Assembly: GCF_026210795.1 (NCBI RefSeq)
Contig: NC_089433.1
Coordinates: forward strand, 5,518,001 to 5,582,000
From: Rhizophagus irregularis
Taxonomy: Eukaryota
Direction of reading: 5' to 3'
Length of the DNA: 64,000 nt
Part shown: positions 15,928-28,047 of the stretch, piece after piece
Position numbering within the stretch: the first letter of the stretch is position 1
Layout: the number at the start of each line of letters is the position of its first letter
Notes under the pieces: model-generated
Seen by the model: only the letters and a program-made list of their open reading frames with translations
What the model was told of the DNA's origin: nothing
The model's database searches: none
Program-made: the position numbers and the translations under genes

Positions 15928-16179
15928 GTATCTACTAGTAATAATGAAAAAAAAGTCCGCATTATGATATGACAAAAAAATGAATTATATATTTATCATC
16001 TAGAAATAGCCTAATTCCAAAAAGGAATGTTCCGCATTTTAAGGAACATTTTTTGTATTAGCCAATCAACATTTGACAGATGAAACTGATGTCAACTTAC
16101 AACCTTGTGTAGCATTTTCACTGATATAAAAAGTTAATTGTTAATATTTTACCTTAATTTTTATATTTATCAACTGAGG

Positions 16180-17137
16180 ATGGTTAAGCATACAGTAATC
16201 GCTCGCGTTTCTGACGGTAAACTTGAGGATTTTTGTATCATACTGAGAGTTTTTTCTTTAGTTTACTTGAAAGAAACGTTTTTATTTTATAGGACTTCCG
16301 TTAGCGGCCTCGGTTGATGATGATCAGGTGTTAATTCCTTCTTTTCTAATACAAACACGATTTGTTTTAATATTGAGAAAGTGTTATTTATTAAATACTT
16401 TCGCTTTTGAAAATAGAATGGAGAAGCAGAACTCGCAGACTATAAGAACAAAGCCAAGCTTCTTTTTAAAAAAATGAATGAGAATTCTGAAGAAAAGTGC
16501 TCTATTGAGTCTGGAAACTATTATTTTCAGTAAGTGAATAAAGTATAATTTGTATCTACTTTTCCATAACACTAAATTGCTTTATTATATAGCTATTTGA
16601 TTCAAAATGGAGTATGTTATATGACAATTTGTGAGCGGTCATATCCACGGCAGTTTGCATTTAGTTATTTGGAAGAGCTCGCAAAAGAATTTTCAATGAG
16701 CTATGGGAATGAAGTAGAAAAGAGAAATTTAAGACCTTACGCTTTTGTAAAATTTGGTAACTAGCATTTAAACTTAAAAAATGTTCTTTACTTAAAAAAT
16801 GTAATTTAATATCTTGTGGGTTTTTTTAGATACTTTTATGCAAAAAACAAAGAAAGTATACCAGAATACACGAACGCAACATAATCTAGATCGACTAAAT
16901 ACAGAATTGAACGAAGTAGCTAATATTATGACAAAAAATTTAGAGAATGTTTTGTGGCGTGGAGAAGGATTAGAAAAGATGAGTTCACTTTCAGATCAAC
17001 TTCGATACGAGTCTCAAAAATACAAGAAATCAGCACGTGATCTTAATTTGCAATTGCTTTTGCGTAAATATGGACCATTAGTATTTATTTTTGTTATAAT
17101 TATATTAGTATTATATTGGCGATTTTGGTGGTATTAA
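16180..17137 (+). CDS. SEC22: ER-Golgi longin R-SNARE
   Basis: MVKHTVIARVSD|GLPLAASVDD, YPRQFAFSYLEEL, RPYAFVKF|DTFMQKTKK, NIMTKNLENVLWRGE and a C-terminal TM. Confidence 0.95.
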
Positions 17138-17228
17138 TAATAATTTATTTCTAAGAACATTTTAAAGATATACTACATTTACTCTTTCATTGTGTACATT
17201 TTATAAATATAATAATTTTAAAGTAGAT

Positions 17229-18098
17229 TTAATTGATTAAAGGAATATGAGTTGGAGTTTTCTTTTTGTATTCGATATATTCCTTACCAAAAAAATTAAT
17301 TAACAAAGGTTCTTCCTCCTCAATTCTATCCTTAAAGAATCGGTGTAATACAAAAAAAAAGCCGGCTAAACAAATAGGATTACAAAGTAATAGTTGAGTT
17401 CCTATAGCCCACCAATAAAAACCGAAATATGAAGGATGTCTCATATAAGCATATATCCCCGTTGTGACTAATACGTGATCTTGTTTTTTACGATATGCTA
17501 TCTTATGAGAAAAATTTGATTTAGCATGCCACATGGCAAGACTCCTTGCTGATTGTCCTATTACCATTATGATGAACCCTATTATAATTATTAAGTCAAA
17601 AGTATATGTTTTTTTTATTTAAAATAGATACTTTTCATACACATAATGATCACTATGATAACTTACCTATATAACGTATAAAACGGATATACTTTAACGT
17701 GGGGAATAAATATAACTCTATCAAGAATTCCGTAATTCCTGCTACGTGTGCAATATTATACTGATTTCCATTATTCAACAGAAAGGCTATTTTTTTTTTA
17801 AAAAAAAAAACCGATAAATATATTATTATATTAAAATATTTAATCCATAATTCGCAATAGGATCATAATACTGACCATCTAAACTTACAATGTCGGGTTT
17901 AAATAGAGCTGTCATCATGTATTCTAATTCATGGAATAAAGCTAAAGCAGAAAGAAATACTCCTAATTGTGGAATTGTTTCTGAATAATAACCTATTGCC
18001 AAACATACTCCAAATACTGCCCCAAAAAAAAAACTATGTGAAGAAATATTTTGCGGTGTATGTCTTCCATCAAATATTAATTTTTCCTGTTGTTGCAT
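17229..18098 (-). CDS. STE14: Isoprenylcysteine carboxyl methyltransferase, 3 exons
   Basis: FHELEY, AFLLNNG, NFSH...HVLVTTGIYAYMRHPSYFGFYWW...RIEEEE..LINFFG.EY..YKK. Confidence 0.95.
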
Positions 18099-18969
18099 TG
18101 TATTATCTTACTTTTTGCAAGGTGAAAATTTTCGGAATGTTGAATTGTAGTTTAATCGATATGATAAAATTTTAGAAAAAATGTGTTATTTATAAGTTAA
18201 TGAACAATTAGCTCTTACCAATTTTGATATTGTGTATAGATACAATATAATCTTTGTAATAAGTTTATGATTTTTTTATTGTACAATACTAACATAACAA
18301 TAATGCGATTTACCTAACAATAATATTCCGAATTGCAATTAATGATTGTTGTTTATAATAATTTCTGCGTTCTGTTCTGTCACATTTTTGATTATTATTA
18401 TTTGTTTTTGCTAAGGGTCTCTCTCGACCGGAATTAGTTTAGTTAAATTTCACCAGAAATTTATTATAATATGTTGCATTTCAAAATTTATTTGTATTTT
18501 TGTCGATCTTGTAAAGGTCAAAAACTACGGCTGGAATTTCATATAATAATATATTTGAGATAAATATAGTATTTCACATGACTTATTTACTTTAGTTAAT
18601 TTAATATTATTAACTTTTTTCCCTTCTTAATCCAAGTTTATGTATTTTGAAAAAAAAACAAAAATTCCATTTGATTATTGAATGTGATATAAAAGAGTGA
18701 TTATTTTCTACATAGACTTTCCATCAACTTTTCATCATACTTTTTTCATATTAAATAATCATTTAATAAATTTTAGTTTTTTGTATAAATAAATAAATAA
18801 TTGCTCTTTTCAGAAAAAATTCTCATTTATTTATAGTTTATAAGGATAATTTCTTCTCCTGGAAAAATAATAATAATAATAAAGTTATTGTTTATTTTAT
18901 ATTTTACAAAAGAAACTTCTATTTTTTTCCCTTCTTTTTATAAAAAAATTTGTCAAGCTGGAGCCAACT

Positions 18970-20513
18970 ATGGATGAAGCACTTACAAAACCAAGAAATG
19001 TTACCCATACTATGTATAAGTTATATAACTGGTTACAAATGGGTATGATTGACTTGAATCCTGAATTTCAAAGAGGTATGTATGAAGTAATATTGACCGG
19101 TTTTAAAAAATATGCGAGATTATTGTTTGTTTTATTCTACATTTCGTTATGTTACTACAAAAAAAAATGCATATATGCATACTTAAAGAATAAGCGAATG
19201 TGGCGCAGTAGAGTAATTAATAAACAAATCTTTATACGCTTAGCTTTACTTATTTTCTTTTGTTCTATTTTATGATAGACATAGTATGGACAGGAATCAA
19301 GCAGTCACACTTGGTTGACTCGGTGCTTAATAACTTCTATGTCCCCCCCATAATCTTCTCTTGTAAAAAACTGGATAGCAAAAGATGGATGCGCGTTTGT
19401 ATTGACGGTAAACAACGCCTTACCGCTATCAGAAAGTAAGTAGTTATCTTAAATCACAATATTTTAGACATGATTAATTTTCTACGCAACAAATACGTTT
19501 ATTAATCTGAATTACAGATTCATGGATAATGAAATCCCTCATCTTAGCCCTTCTGATGGTAATATAACTAAGCGATATTATAGAAATCTTAATAATAGAC
19601 GTTCTTTGACAGAAGCGGAACGTGAAATGTTTGACTGTTCTGAGCTTCTTTGTGGTAAGATTCAAAAAATATTCTGGTGATGGTGATGATGATCGTAATC
19701 ACAAATATCACCTATAAAAGTAATGAGATTTCTTATTATCACTTTAAGAATTTATCATATTATTATTTTATCTTATATTATTTAGTTGAGTATTATGATC
19801 TTACTTTACACCAAGAACAAGAAATCTTCAGTCGTGTACAACTGGGAGTTGCATTAACTCCTGCTGAAAAACTTCAAGCCATTAGCAGTCCAATGGCTGA
19901 TTTCGCTCATACAATTTACAGTCAACATTCCACTCTTTCTTCCATAATGGATAATAAACGCGCTCGGCCTTTTCAACTTATTACTCAATCTTTACACATG
20001 ATTGAAACTGAACCGGAAAAATTCAATGCAACTCCTGCCACAATTACTAAATACTTGAAAGAAGATCGCGAAGTTCCTGAAGGTCTTAAGGCATTGGCTA
20101 AACAAATTTATACGACCATAGAAGAGATGATCGAAGACGATGCTGAATTATTTCATCGTGATCATAGATTGGCTCCAGTGGAATTTGTATTTTTAACTTA
20201 CATGATCGCTAAATTTCCCAAGTTACCGATCTTCCAATACCAAAATCGTCTTTTAGCTATGAAGAAACATGTTCGTGCTAAACATGATGATATTAGATTC
20301 AACAATAAGGTCTTTGACACATTGAAAAAGTTCGTGGATAATATGGAATATGAATTCGTTTCAAATCACCAAACTATTCCTTACGCTCCATCATCTCATC
20401 ACACAAATCATTCAAGCCACTCTAATAACTCGGTAACTTATCCAAATAATATTTATGATACTGCAGCTCCTTCATCTACTCAACGAAGAAAGAAAGCAAA
20501 GACCTCTAATTAA
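18970..20513 (+). CDS. DUF262 (ParB/Srx-fold, GmrS-like) domain protein, 4 exons
   Basis: IDLNPEFQR|DIVW...LVDSVLNNFYVPPIIF...VCIDGKQRLTAIR...EIFSRVQLGVALTPAE carries the DUF262 motifs QR, DG.QRLT and F.R.N/Q.G..L...E. Confidence 0.88.
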
Positions 20514-21304
20514 ATAAGAAACTAAGAACTGAAGAAATTAATACTGAAGAGATTGGAGAAAAAATTAAAAATAAAAAATAATACATTTTATTATACTTTT
20601 TCGTAATTGAATTAGATAGAAATTATCGTTGATTATTATAGTGTGATGGTTAAACGTTATATTGAACGTATTGTGCATTTAAATTTTTCTTTTTCTTGTG
20701 ATTAGTTTTAAAATCCCCTTTATTACATTCCCCTTATATATATTTTCTTTTTTTTATTTCTGTTTCATAAAAAATTAATAAATAAAAAAATTTGAAACTT
20801 AATTAAAATTGTGATTTTTATTATTAATATTTATGTAAAATCGAGGAGATCGGTATTATTTTGTATTATATAAATTTGCATAATAATAAAAGTGATTATT
20901 GAAATTTCATCAATAATAAGATTACGTACTACAAATATGCATTGGTTTAATTGACATTCATGTGAAAAAGATCGACAGTCAGCAGCATTATACAAAATGT
21001 GGCCCGAATTATCATGTTTAATTTCAGCAAGATCTTTTATAACTTTCATGATTTGCAGATCGAGATCTATTTAAATTTTTTTTTTTTATTTTTTTCAATT
21101 TCATCTATCCATCATCGTTCATCATTTTTGCTTTAGGGGAAAAGAGAAAAGTCATCATGTATGTATTTTTTTTTTTATTTTGTATTATCATTTATCTGTT
21201 ATTATTTATTTTAATGATAGTATAATCAATATATTAATTATATCATTTTTAAGTGAGGACGTCTGGATACCCGTTATAAAAAACACTAAAAAAAAATTTA
21301 GAAA

Positions 21305-21926
21305 ATGCCACCCATGGTAGAAGACCGAGATGATGAATCGGAAGTTGAAGATGTAGTTGGAGATGGAGCAAATCAACAGGAAGAAATCCTTGTTAGCTCT
21401 GACACTCCTGCTAAAGGCCAAATGGTAGGAATATCAGATTGATACGATATTATGATTCTATTGATAAATAATCAATTGATTCTTTTTAAATTAAAGACCG
21501 TCGAAGATGCTCTTCAGGACGTTTTAAAGCGTGCTCTTGTCGTTGACGGTCTCGCTCGAGGATTGAGAGAATGCGCCAAGGCTTTGGATAGGTAAGTCAT
21601 AAAATTTTTTTTTTTTAGGTCGTTAATTTCCTAATAATCCCGATCTTTTTTGTAATAACAGGCGTCAAGCTTTCTTATGTGTCCTTGTCGAAACTTGTAC
21701 CGAAAAAGAATATATTAAACTTGTTGAAGCATTATGTAGTGAACATAATATTCAATTAATTAAAGTAAGCGATGCCAAAAAGTTAGGAGAATGGGCCGGA
21801 TTGTGTAAAATTGATAGAGAAGGTAATCCCCGTAAGGTAGTAGCTTGTTCTTGCGTAGTTGTTAAAGATTATGGCGAAGATTCTGAAGCTAGGAACGTAC
21901 TTTTAGAATACTTTAAATCACGTTAA
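21305..21926 (+). CDS. RPS12: 40S ribosomal protein eS12, 3 exons
   Basis: [32 protein letters not shown]...[32 protein letters not shown]. Confidence 0.96.
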
Positions 21927-22370
21927 GACTGGTTCAGAAGAGATATCTTCGTATTTGATATAATATATATGAATTGAATCAATAATAAATTTGTCATTTA
22001 AAAGTATTTACAAAATCACCTCTATATTATTTATATAATATTTATGTTAAACATATTTATATTCTAAATTTTTATTTACAAATTAAGGAGTATCCTTTCT
22101 CCAAATACTAACTGTGCGTGCTCATGTATTGATACATTTATATCTACAAAAAAAAAGAAAAGAGAGAAAAAATCTTATAAATGTTATAGTAATATAAGAA
22201 ATCATTAGAACATATCGTTAGATTTTTCTTAATTAAAAATAAAAAAGAAATTTTTATTTTACCATTCTTATTAATGTTAAACTTCAAACAAATTCATAAA
22301 TAATCACGTGATCGCCCATCACCGTCTCGTTCTTCTCCTTCGCCTATCGTCTTTACTCGGTAACATATAA

Positions 22371-24007
22371 CTAAACAAAATGTATTTCCGGAACAGTCGC
22401 AAACATATAGCGGACGGTGTGATCTTTTGATGCTCCGTTGATCATTTGCAATGAATCTCCGTCTGATAAAAAATGGAATATTTTAAAAACACAAATACTA
22501 GAAAAAGATTAAATTAAATTTAAATTCTTACTAGATTCAATATCTATATTGTTCATAGTTACATCTTCCATTGCCGCTTCCCTCACTTTAGCTTGTTGAC
22601 TTATAGATAATTTCAATTGTGTATATTCCTCATTAGCTGAATCATCGGGGTTAGATGATGATTCCAATATAAAATGATCCAAAATAAGATAACTTATTTC
22701 TATAAATAGTTTGAAAAAATGTGAATTGATGGAAATCCATAATAATACAGTCACTTTTTTTTTACCTTCGATATCTTCAATTTTAACCAAAAAAATCTTA
22801 TACCAAGGCATATTGTGAATTGTGAATGGGAAATTTTCGCGGTGCAATAATTTTGTAGCAAGAAAAATTGAAGCTGTTGCCATAGCAGCAGGAGGAAACC
22901 TAAGGCATACCGTTGTTTTGTAACTAGAAATATTTATTTATTTTTTTTTTAAAGAAAAAAAAAAATTCATTCACTATTGCAAGCTATCTAATAATAACGA
23001 TATAAAAAACTTCTTTTACCATTCGTTAACTATATTATATGCCTTAAGATACAAATATTTGTCACCTATTTTTATAATATGTAAAATATATACGAATTAA
23101 CATTAATTTTAATTATAAAAAATAAAATAAATAAAATAAAATAAAATAATTCAAAAGAAATAAATACCTTTTAGTTTCTTAACGAATTTTACAAGCAATT
23201 TATGAGGAAGCACAAATTGAAAATCGAAACATATAGTTTCGACTATCGTGCGCTCATTCTGTATAACACGACGTCTCTGTTCTTCTAACGTCTAGTTAAA
23301 ATAAACAAATAAATGATATAGTATAATAATTTTCTCATTATTCAAATATGATTACAAATTTCATTAAATGTACCTGACTTTCTGCATTGATTTCAGGCCC
23401 TTCAGGATGCTTAACTTGATATGCTGCCACTAAAATGTCTTTGAGTTTTTTATATGTCTCTTCAATCTTTGTTGAAACAAATAAACATGTGATACATAAA
23501 TCCTATTCGAATTGATATAACAATCAGGAAAAAATATAATCGTCATTAAACACCTAACCAAAAAAAAATGATAAATACAACATTACAGTTTTTTGCTTTG
23601 CAGATGCAAAGTCTTTTGAAGGTTGAAATAAAAAGAATCTATTATAAAGTAATTGTGCTGTGCTTATCGTATTCTGTGGTCTTTAATTTATAAAGAATCT
23701 CGTGAGACAGGACCATCAAATTGAAGAGAGGAAAAATTCAAGCATTTCTCTCTAAACTAATATATTCAACTTACAACCCAAGATTACTTCCTACAGCGTC
23801 TATAAAAGTGCACCATTGCGCTCTTGACATGTTATCCTTAGAATCACCAGAGCCCTGTTTTTCTGCACAACGGGTTACTTCAGCTTTAGTAAAATATGCT
23901 TTTGCTCGACGCTCTATAACGTTACAACGTTCTCCTATTACATCAGGACTCGAATTAGCTGCGAAGTTAAATTCTCCAATTGGAGAATTTACTGTGGGTG
24001 AAGACAT
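22371..24007 (-). CDS. Transcriptional cyclin (Ctk2/cyclin K-like), multi-exon
   Basis: Cyclin box FIDAVGSNLG|.PQNTISTAQLLYNRFFLF, CLFVSTKIEETYKKLKDIL, ERTIVETICFDFQFVLPHK, LRFPPAAMATASI; tail HTVRYMF. Confidence 0.88.
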
Positions 24008-24303
24008 GTTAGGTAGAATTTAACTAATTTAACTACAATCCCGAAGTAATTGGTAGGAGAAATACTCAAATTTGTTGATCCAAAAATCCATTATTTATAA
24101 TTTTTCGAACCACGTGTTTTGTAATTTAACTTAAATAGCACCATATTTTTATATTAAGAAAAAAAAAAAATTTACAAATCCGCAAATACGTATTATTTTA
24201 TATATTATTATTATGGCTAAACACTAATTTCTAATCATAAAAAAATTATTATTTTGTAGTAAAATTTTGCAAAAATATTCCTTAAGTAATAAAGTTCGTT
24301 TCT

Positions 24304-25308
24304 TTAATAACCACCTGCACCAGGGGCCTTTTCGTCTTTTTTCAAGCTCAAAAGCAACTCTTTGAATCTACTCACATCCTTAACATGCTTATTGGTTGTC
24401 TTACTTTGTGCTGTTGAAAGATCAACCTGTTTACAAATACGCTCCCAAGCTGTGCCAGAAGTAAGGTCATCTCGTTCGCGCAAAAACGTTTCTTCATCTT
24501 GTCTTATAAATTTAAACCATATATTAAAACAAAACTACTTCATAATTTAAAATAAATTTCATTGATTAACAATAAATAATAAATGAAAATTACTTGTTTT
24601 GTTCATGGGTACGAGCTTTCTTTTCATTGTATTCTTCATAGAATTTATCAATTGCATCGCGCGCAATAGACAGTGTTTCTCGTTTTTTTTCTTCAGATGC
24701 TTCATCGCGCTTGACGATAATCTCTCTTTGTCGTTCTTTCCATTGTCTATTTTATCAATTACGTTATATTTATATGTATTCAAAACGTCCAAATAATAAA
24801 TCATTAAATTTTAAATGTACCGGATAATTTCCGGATCTTCCTCTTCAACATTATGGATTATATTATTATCTGATGACAATGAAAGCGGAACCTTTCCATT
24901 GCTATTACTGTACAATGCCTGCAGAAAAAAAATATATATTATATATACCAATTGATTTACATATACTAATAATAAAATTCCCACTAAACTTGCCTGACTT
25001 TCAACCTCTACTGGTGGAAACTCTGAATGAAAAGCTGAATAATCAGAAACAGAATTGACAATAGAAGTGTTACTAACAGGAGGACTCAAAACGTTGCTTG
25101 TTGACGGTGAGGTAATGTCCGGGAAGCCTTCAAGCTCATTACTTGTTGATGTAATAGTATGATTTGAATTTGAGAATAAGGCCGCATCGGCTCCTAAGAC
25201 AGCTTGTTCTCTTGCTAAAAAGTCAGATTCCAAGTTTGCATTTTCATTTGTATTTGAAGAAGTGGGAAAATCTTCAAGAGGCGGAAATTCAGAGCTAAAG
25301 TCTGTCAT
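24304..25308 (-). CDS. CLC1: Clathrin light chain
   Basis: DFLAREQAVLG, EPEIIR..W, AIDKFYEEYN, GTAWERICK.VD, DVSRFKELLLSLKKD..APGAGGY*. Confidence 0.92.
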
Positions 25309-25487
25309 CGCAAAACCTTAAGAAAAACGATTAGTTGAAAAATAGATCTATAATAGTTATTTAGACTGCCAAATTCCATATAAAATATCATCCAATTAAA
25401 TGTTCACACGATCAGCACCAAAGATTTAATGACTGCATAAACTGGGCTAGTCAAGTAAAGGCCGCTCAAAGATCTATCGAATTCAAA

Positions 25488-27127
25488 ATGGTTCTCGAAG
25501 CGACTATGCTAGTGTAAGTTTATCTAGCTTTAATTTCAAGATGTACACAACGAGTACTGCCTATTTTTTAACCTTGAAAGCTACCTTTTCATAGTTTGGA
25601 TAATTCGGAATGGATGCGTAATGGAGACTATACGCCAACACGTTTAGAAGCACAAAAAGATGCAGTTAATCTCATTTTTGGTTCAAAAACGAATTCCAAC
25701 CCAGAGAATACTGTAGGTTTACTTACTATGGCTGGCAAAGGGTATGTACAATTTTATCAAAACGGTAATATGAACATTTGACTTATGATTGGTAAATCGT
25801 TTATTTGTTTATAATAGTCCTGAAGTACTCGTTACTTTAACATCGGATATTGGTAAAATTCTTACAGCATTGCATAACATAAAAATTGGTGGGAAGGCAA
25901 ATTTAACGACTGGGATTCAAGTTGCACAGGTTGTATTTTTTATTATTTTGATTCATTAGGTTTAATAACGTTTTTTATATACGATCTAACAAAATATAAC
26001 CGTTTAAAGCTTGCTCTCAAACACAGACAAAACAAAAATCAACGACAAAGAATTATAGTATTTGTAGGTAGTCCTATTGAAGCCGATGAGAAAACATTAG
26101 TGAAGCTAGCTAAAAAGATGAAAAAGAATAGTGTAGCGGTGGATATCATTAATTTTGGAGAGGAAGCCGAAAACACCGCGAAATTGGAAGCTTTTATATC
26201 TGCAGTGAATAATAGTGATAATAGGTAAAGCTTTTCATATGTATTCATATGTAAATTATTCAATCAATTTTTAATTTTTAATTTAATTATGTATTTTAGT
26301 CACCTTGTACCAATACCACCCGGTCCGCATATCCTCAGTGACATATTGATATCATCTCCTATAATAGCAGGAGAAGATGGTGTTCCTGCTGGATTTACGG
26401 CTGGTGGAGGGAGCAATTTTGAATTTGGAGTTGACCCTAACCTTGATCCAGAATTAGCGCTGGTATGCTCGTGTTTTGATATTAAATATTTTATCAACAA
26501 GTAATCTAATAAACCTTTAGGCCCTACGTATATCTCTCGAAGAAGAGAAGGCAAGACAGGAAGCTGAGGCAGCTAAAGCCGCAGGTGCTACGGCCACTCA
26601 AGAGACACAGCCAACTTCAATGGACATTGACAAAACTGTTAGTGATAACCAAAATGATAAAACCGAAGATGATATGTTAGCTCAAGCCTTAGCTATGTCT
26701 TCAGCAGGCGAAACTCGAGTGTGTATTATATATTACAATCTTTTATTATCTATAATTTTTACTTTTTAATTTAAACAACATTTAATTTATTCAGGAAGGA
26801 GATGTTCAAATGGAAGAAGAAACTGAAGATGAACAAATGGCCCGAGCGATTCAAATGTCGATGGAAGGCGGATCTGTAAGAAATTAACAAAAATTATTTT
26901 CATTGCTGTTTATTTATTTATCAGATTTTACTTATTTTTAGGGAATGCATGATCAAGAATTTATGAGTGCAGTTCTGCAAACTTTACCGGGAGTAGATTT
27001 ATCTGATCCGCAGATTCAAAATGCACTTCAAGGATTTCCTGCAGATAATGAAAATAATGAGGAAGATAGTAAAAAGGACAAAGAAAAAAAAATAAGGGAA
27101 AAAACATTCCAAATGAAATTTATATAA
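25488..27127 (+). CDS. RPN10: 26S proteasome ubiquitin receptor (VWA plus UIMs)
   Basis: [49 protein letters not shown] and [21 protein letters not shown]. Confidence 0.97.
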
Positions 27128-28047
27128 ATTGTAGTACAATCTGTTTTAATTTTACTATTCAAGAATTAATGAAAACAATTATGTTAAATGATTCAAATGT
27201 GTAATAAAAAAAGAAAATACTGAACATGAATCAAAATTTTTTGTCAAATTCTCATGGGAAAATTTTTTAAGGGTAAAACATACGATAATCTATCTTTAAG
27301 ATATCAATAACCCGGCAACCCGGCTTTTAATTTTTTTTTTTTTTCAATTTTTAAAAAATTCTCACCCGGCATAGTGATAATATAAAAAAATTTTTTACTT
27401 TGTGTCGCCTTATAATAAGCGCGCAAGAAAATTTTATTTATTACTAAAATACATGTCCTACCCGCTAAAAATGTTTATTTAATAAAAATTAATTTCACTC
27501 TTTGAGAATTTAATACATTTTGCATCCGCCTTGCTTTTAAATTAATTCTATATCAGGACCATTGATTAAAATCATTAAATGTTTATTCAAATTTTCTGTG
27601 CTAAGTTTATTCGAAGCTTTGTTTTAAATTAAATTTTGATGCGAGTGCATCTGATATAGGATGATCTCATCTTTCAATAATATGCGGGCGCCTACTGCGC
27701 CGATCCAATATAAATCGTAGTACAGCGTCCCAAAAGAAAAAAATTGGATTTTAAATTTAATCAAATATACTTCTGATTTAGTTCATGTGATTTATTCTAT
27801 GTTAATTATGTAAAATCCTACATAATAATCACGCTCAAAATTAAAAAATTCACAAACATGATTTGAAAACAAAAATAAAATGAATTTATAAGTAATTTAT
27901 TGAGCCAAAGTTGTATTTTTAATTAGATAATTACATATTAATTTAATTATTAAAGATTTTACGAGAGCAGAAAATTTTTATTATGGTATATATTATCTTT
28001 AGGATTATAGCATAAAGTACACAATTATTCAGCAAAAAGTAATAATA

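Noticed and set aside
19189..19242. tRNA or snoRNA in the first DUF262 intron (GTGGCGCAGTAG; TAAGCG/CGCTTA stem)
   Set aside because: No T-arm or B-box and no clear C/D or H/ACA pair.
22090..22098. Second GTATCCTTT U12 donor
   Set aside because: It lies downstream of the RPS12 stop with no matching U12 branch site or exon context.
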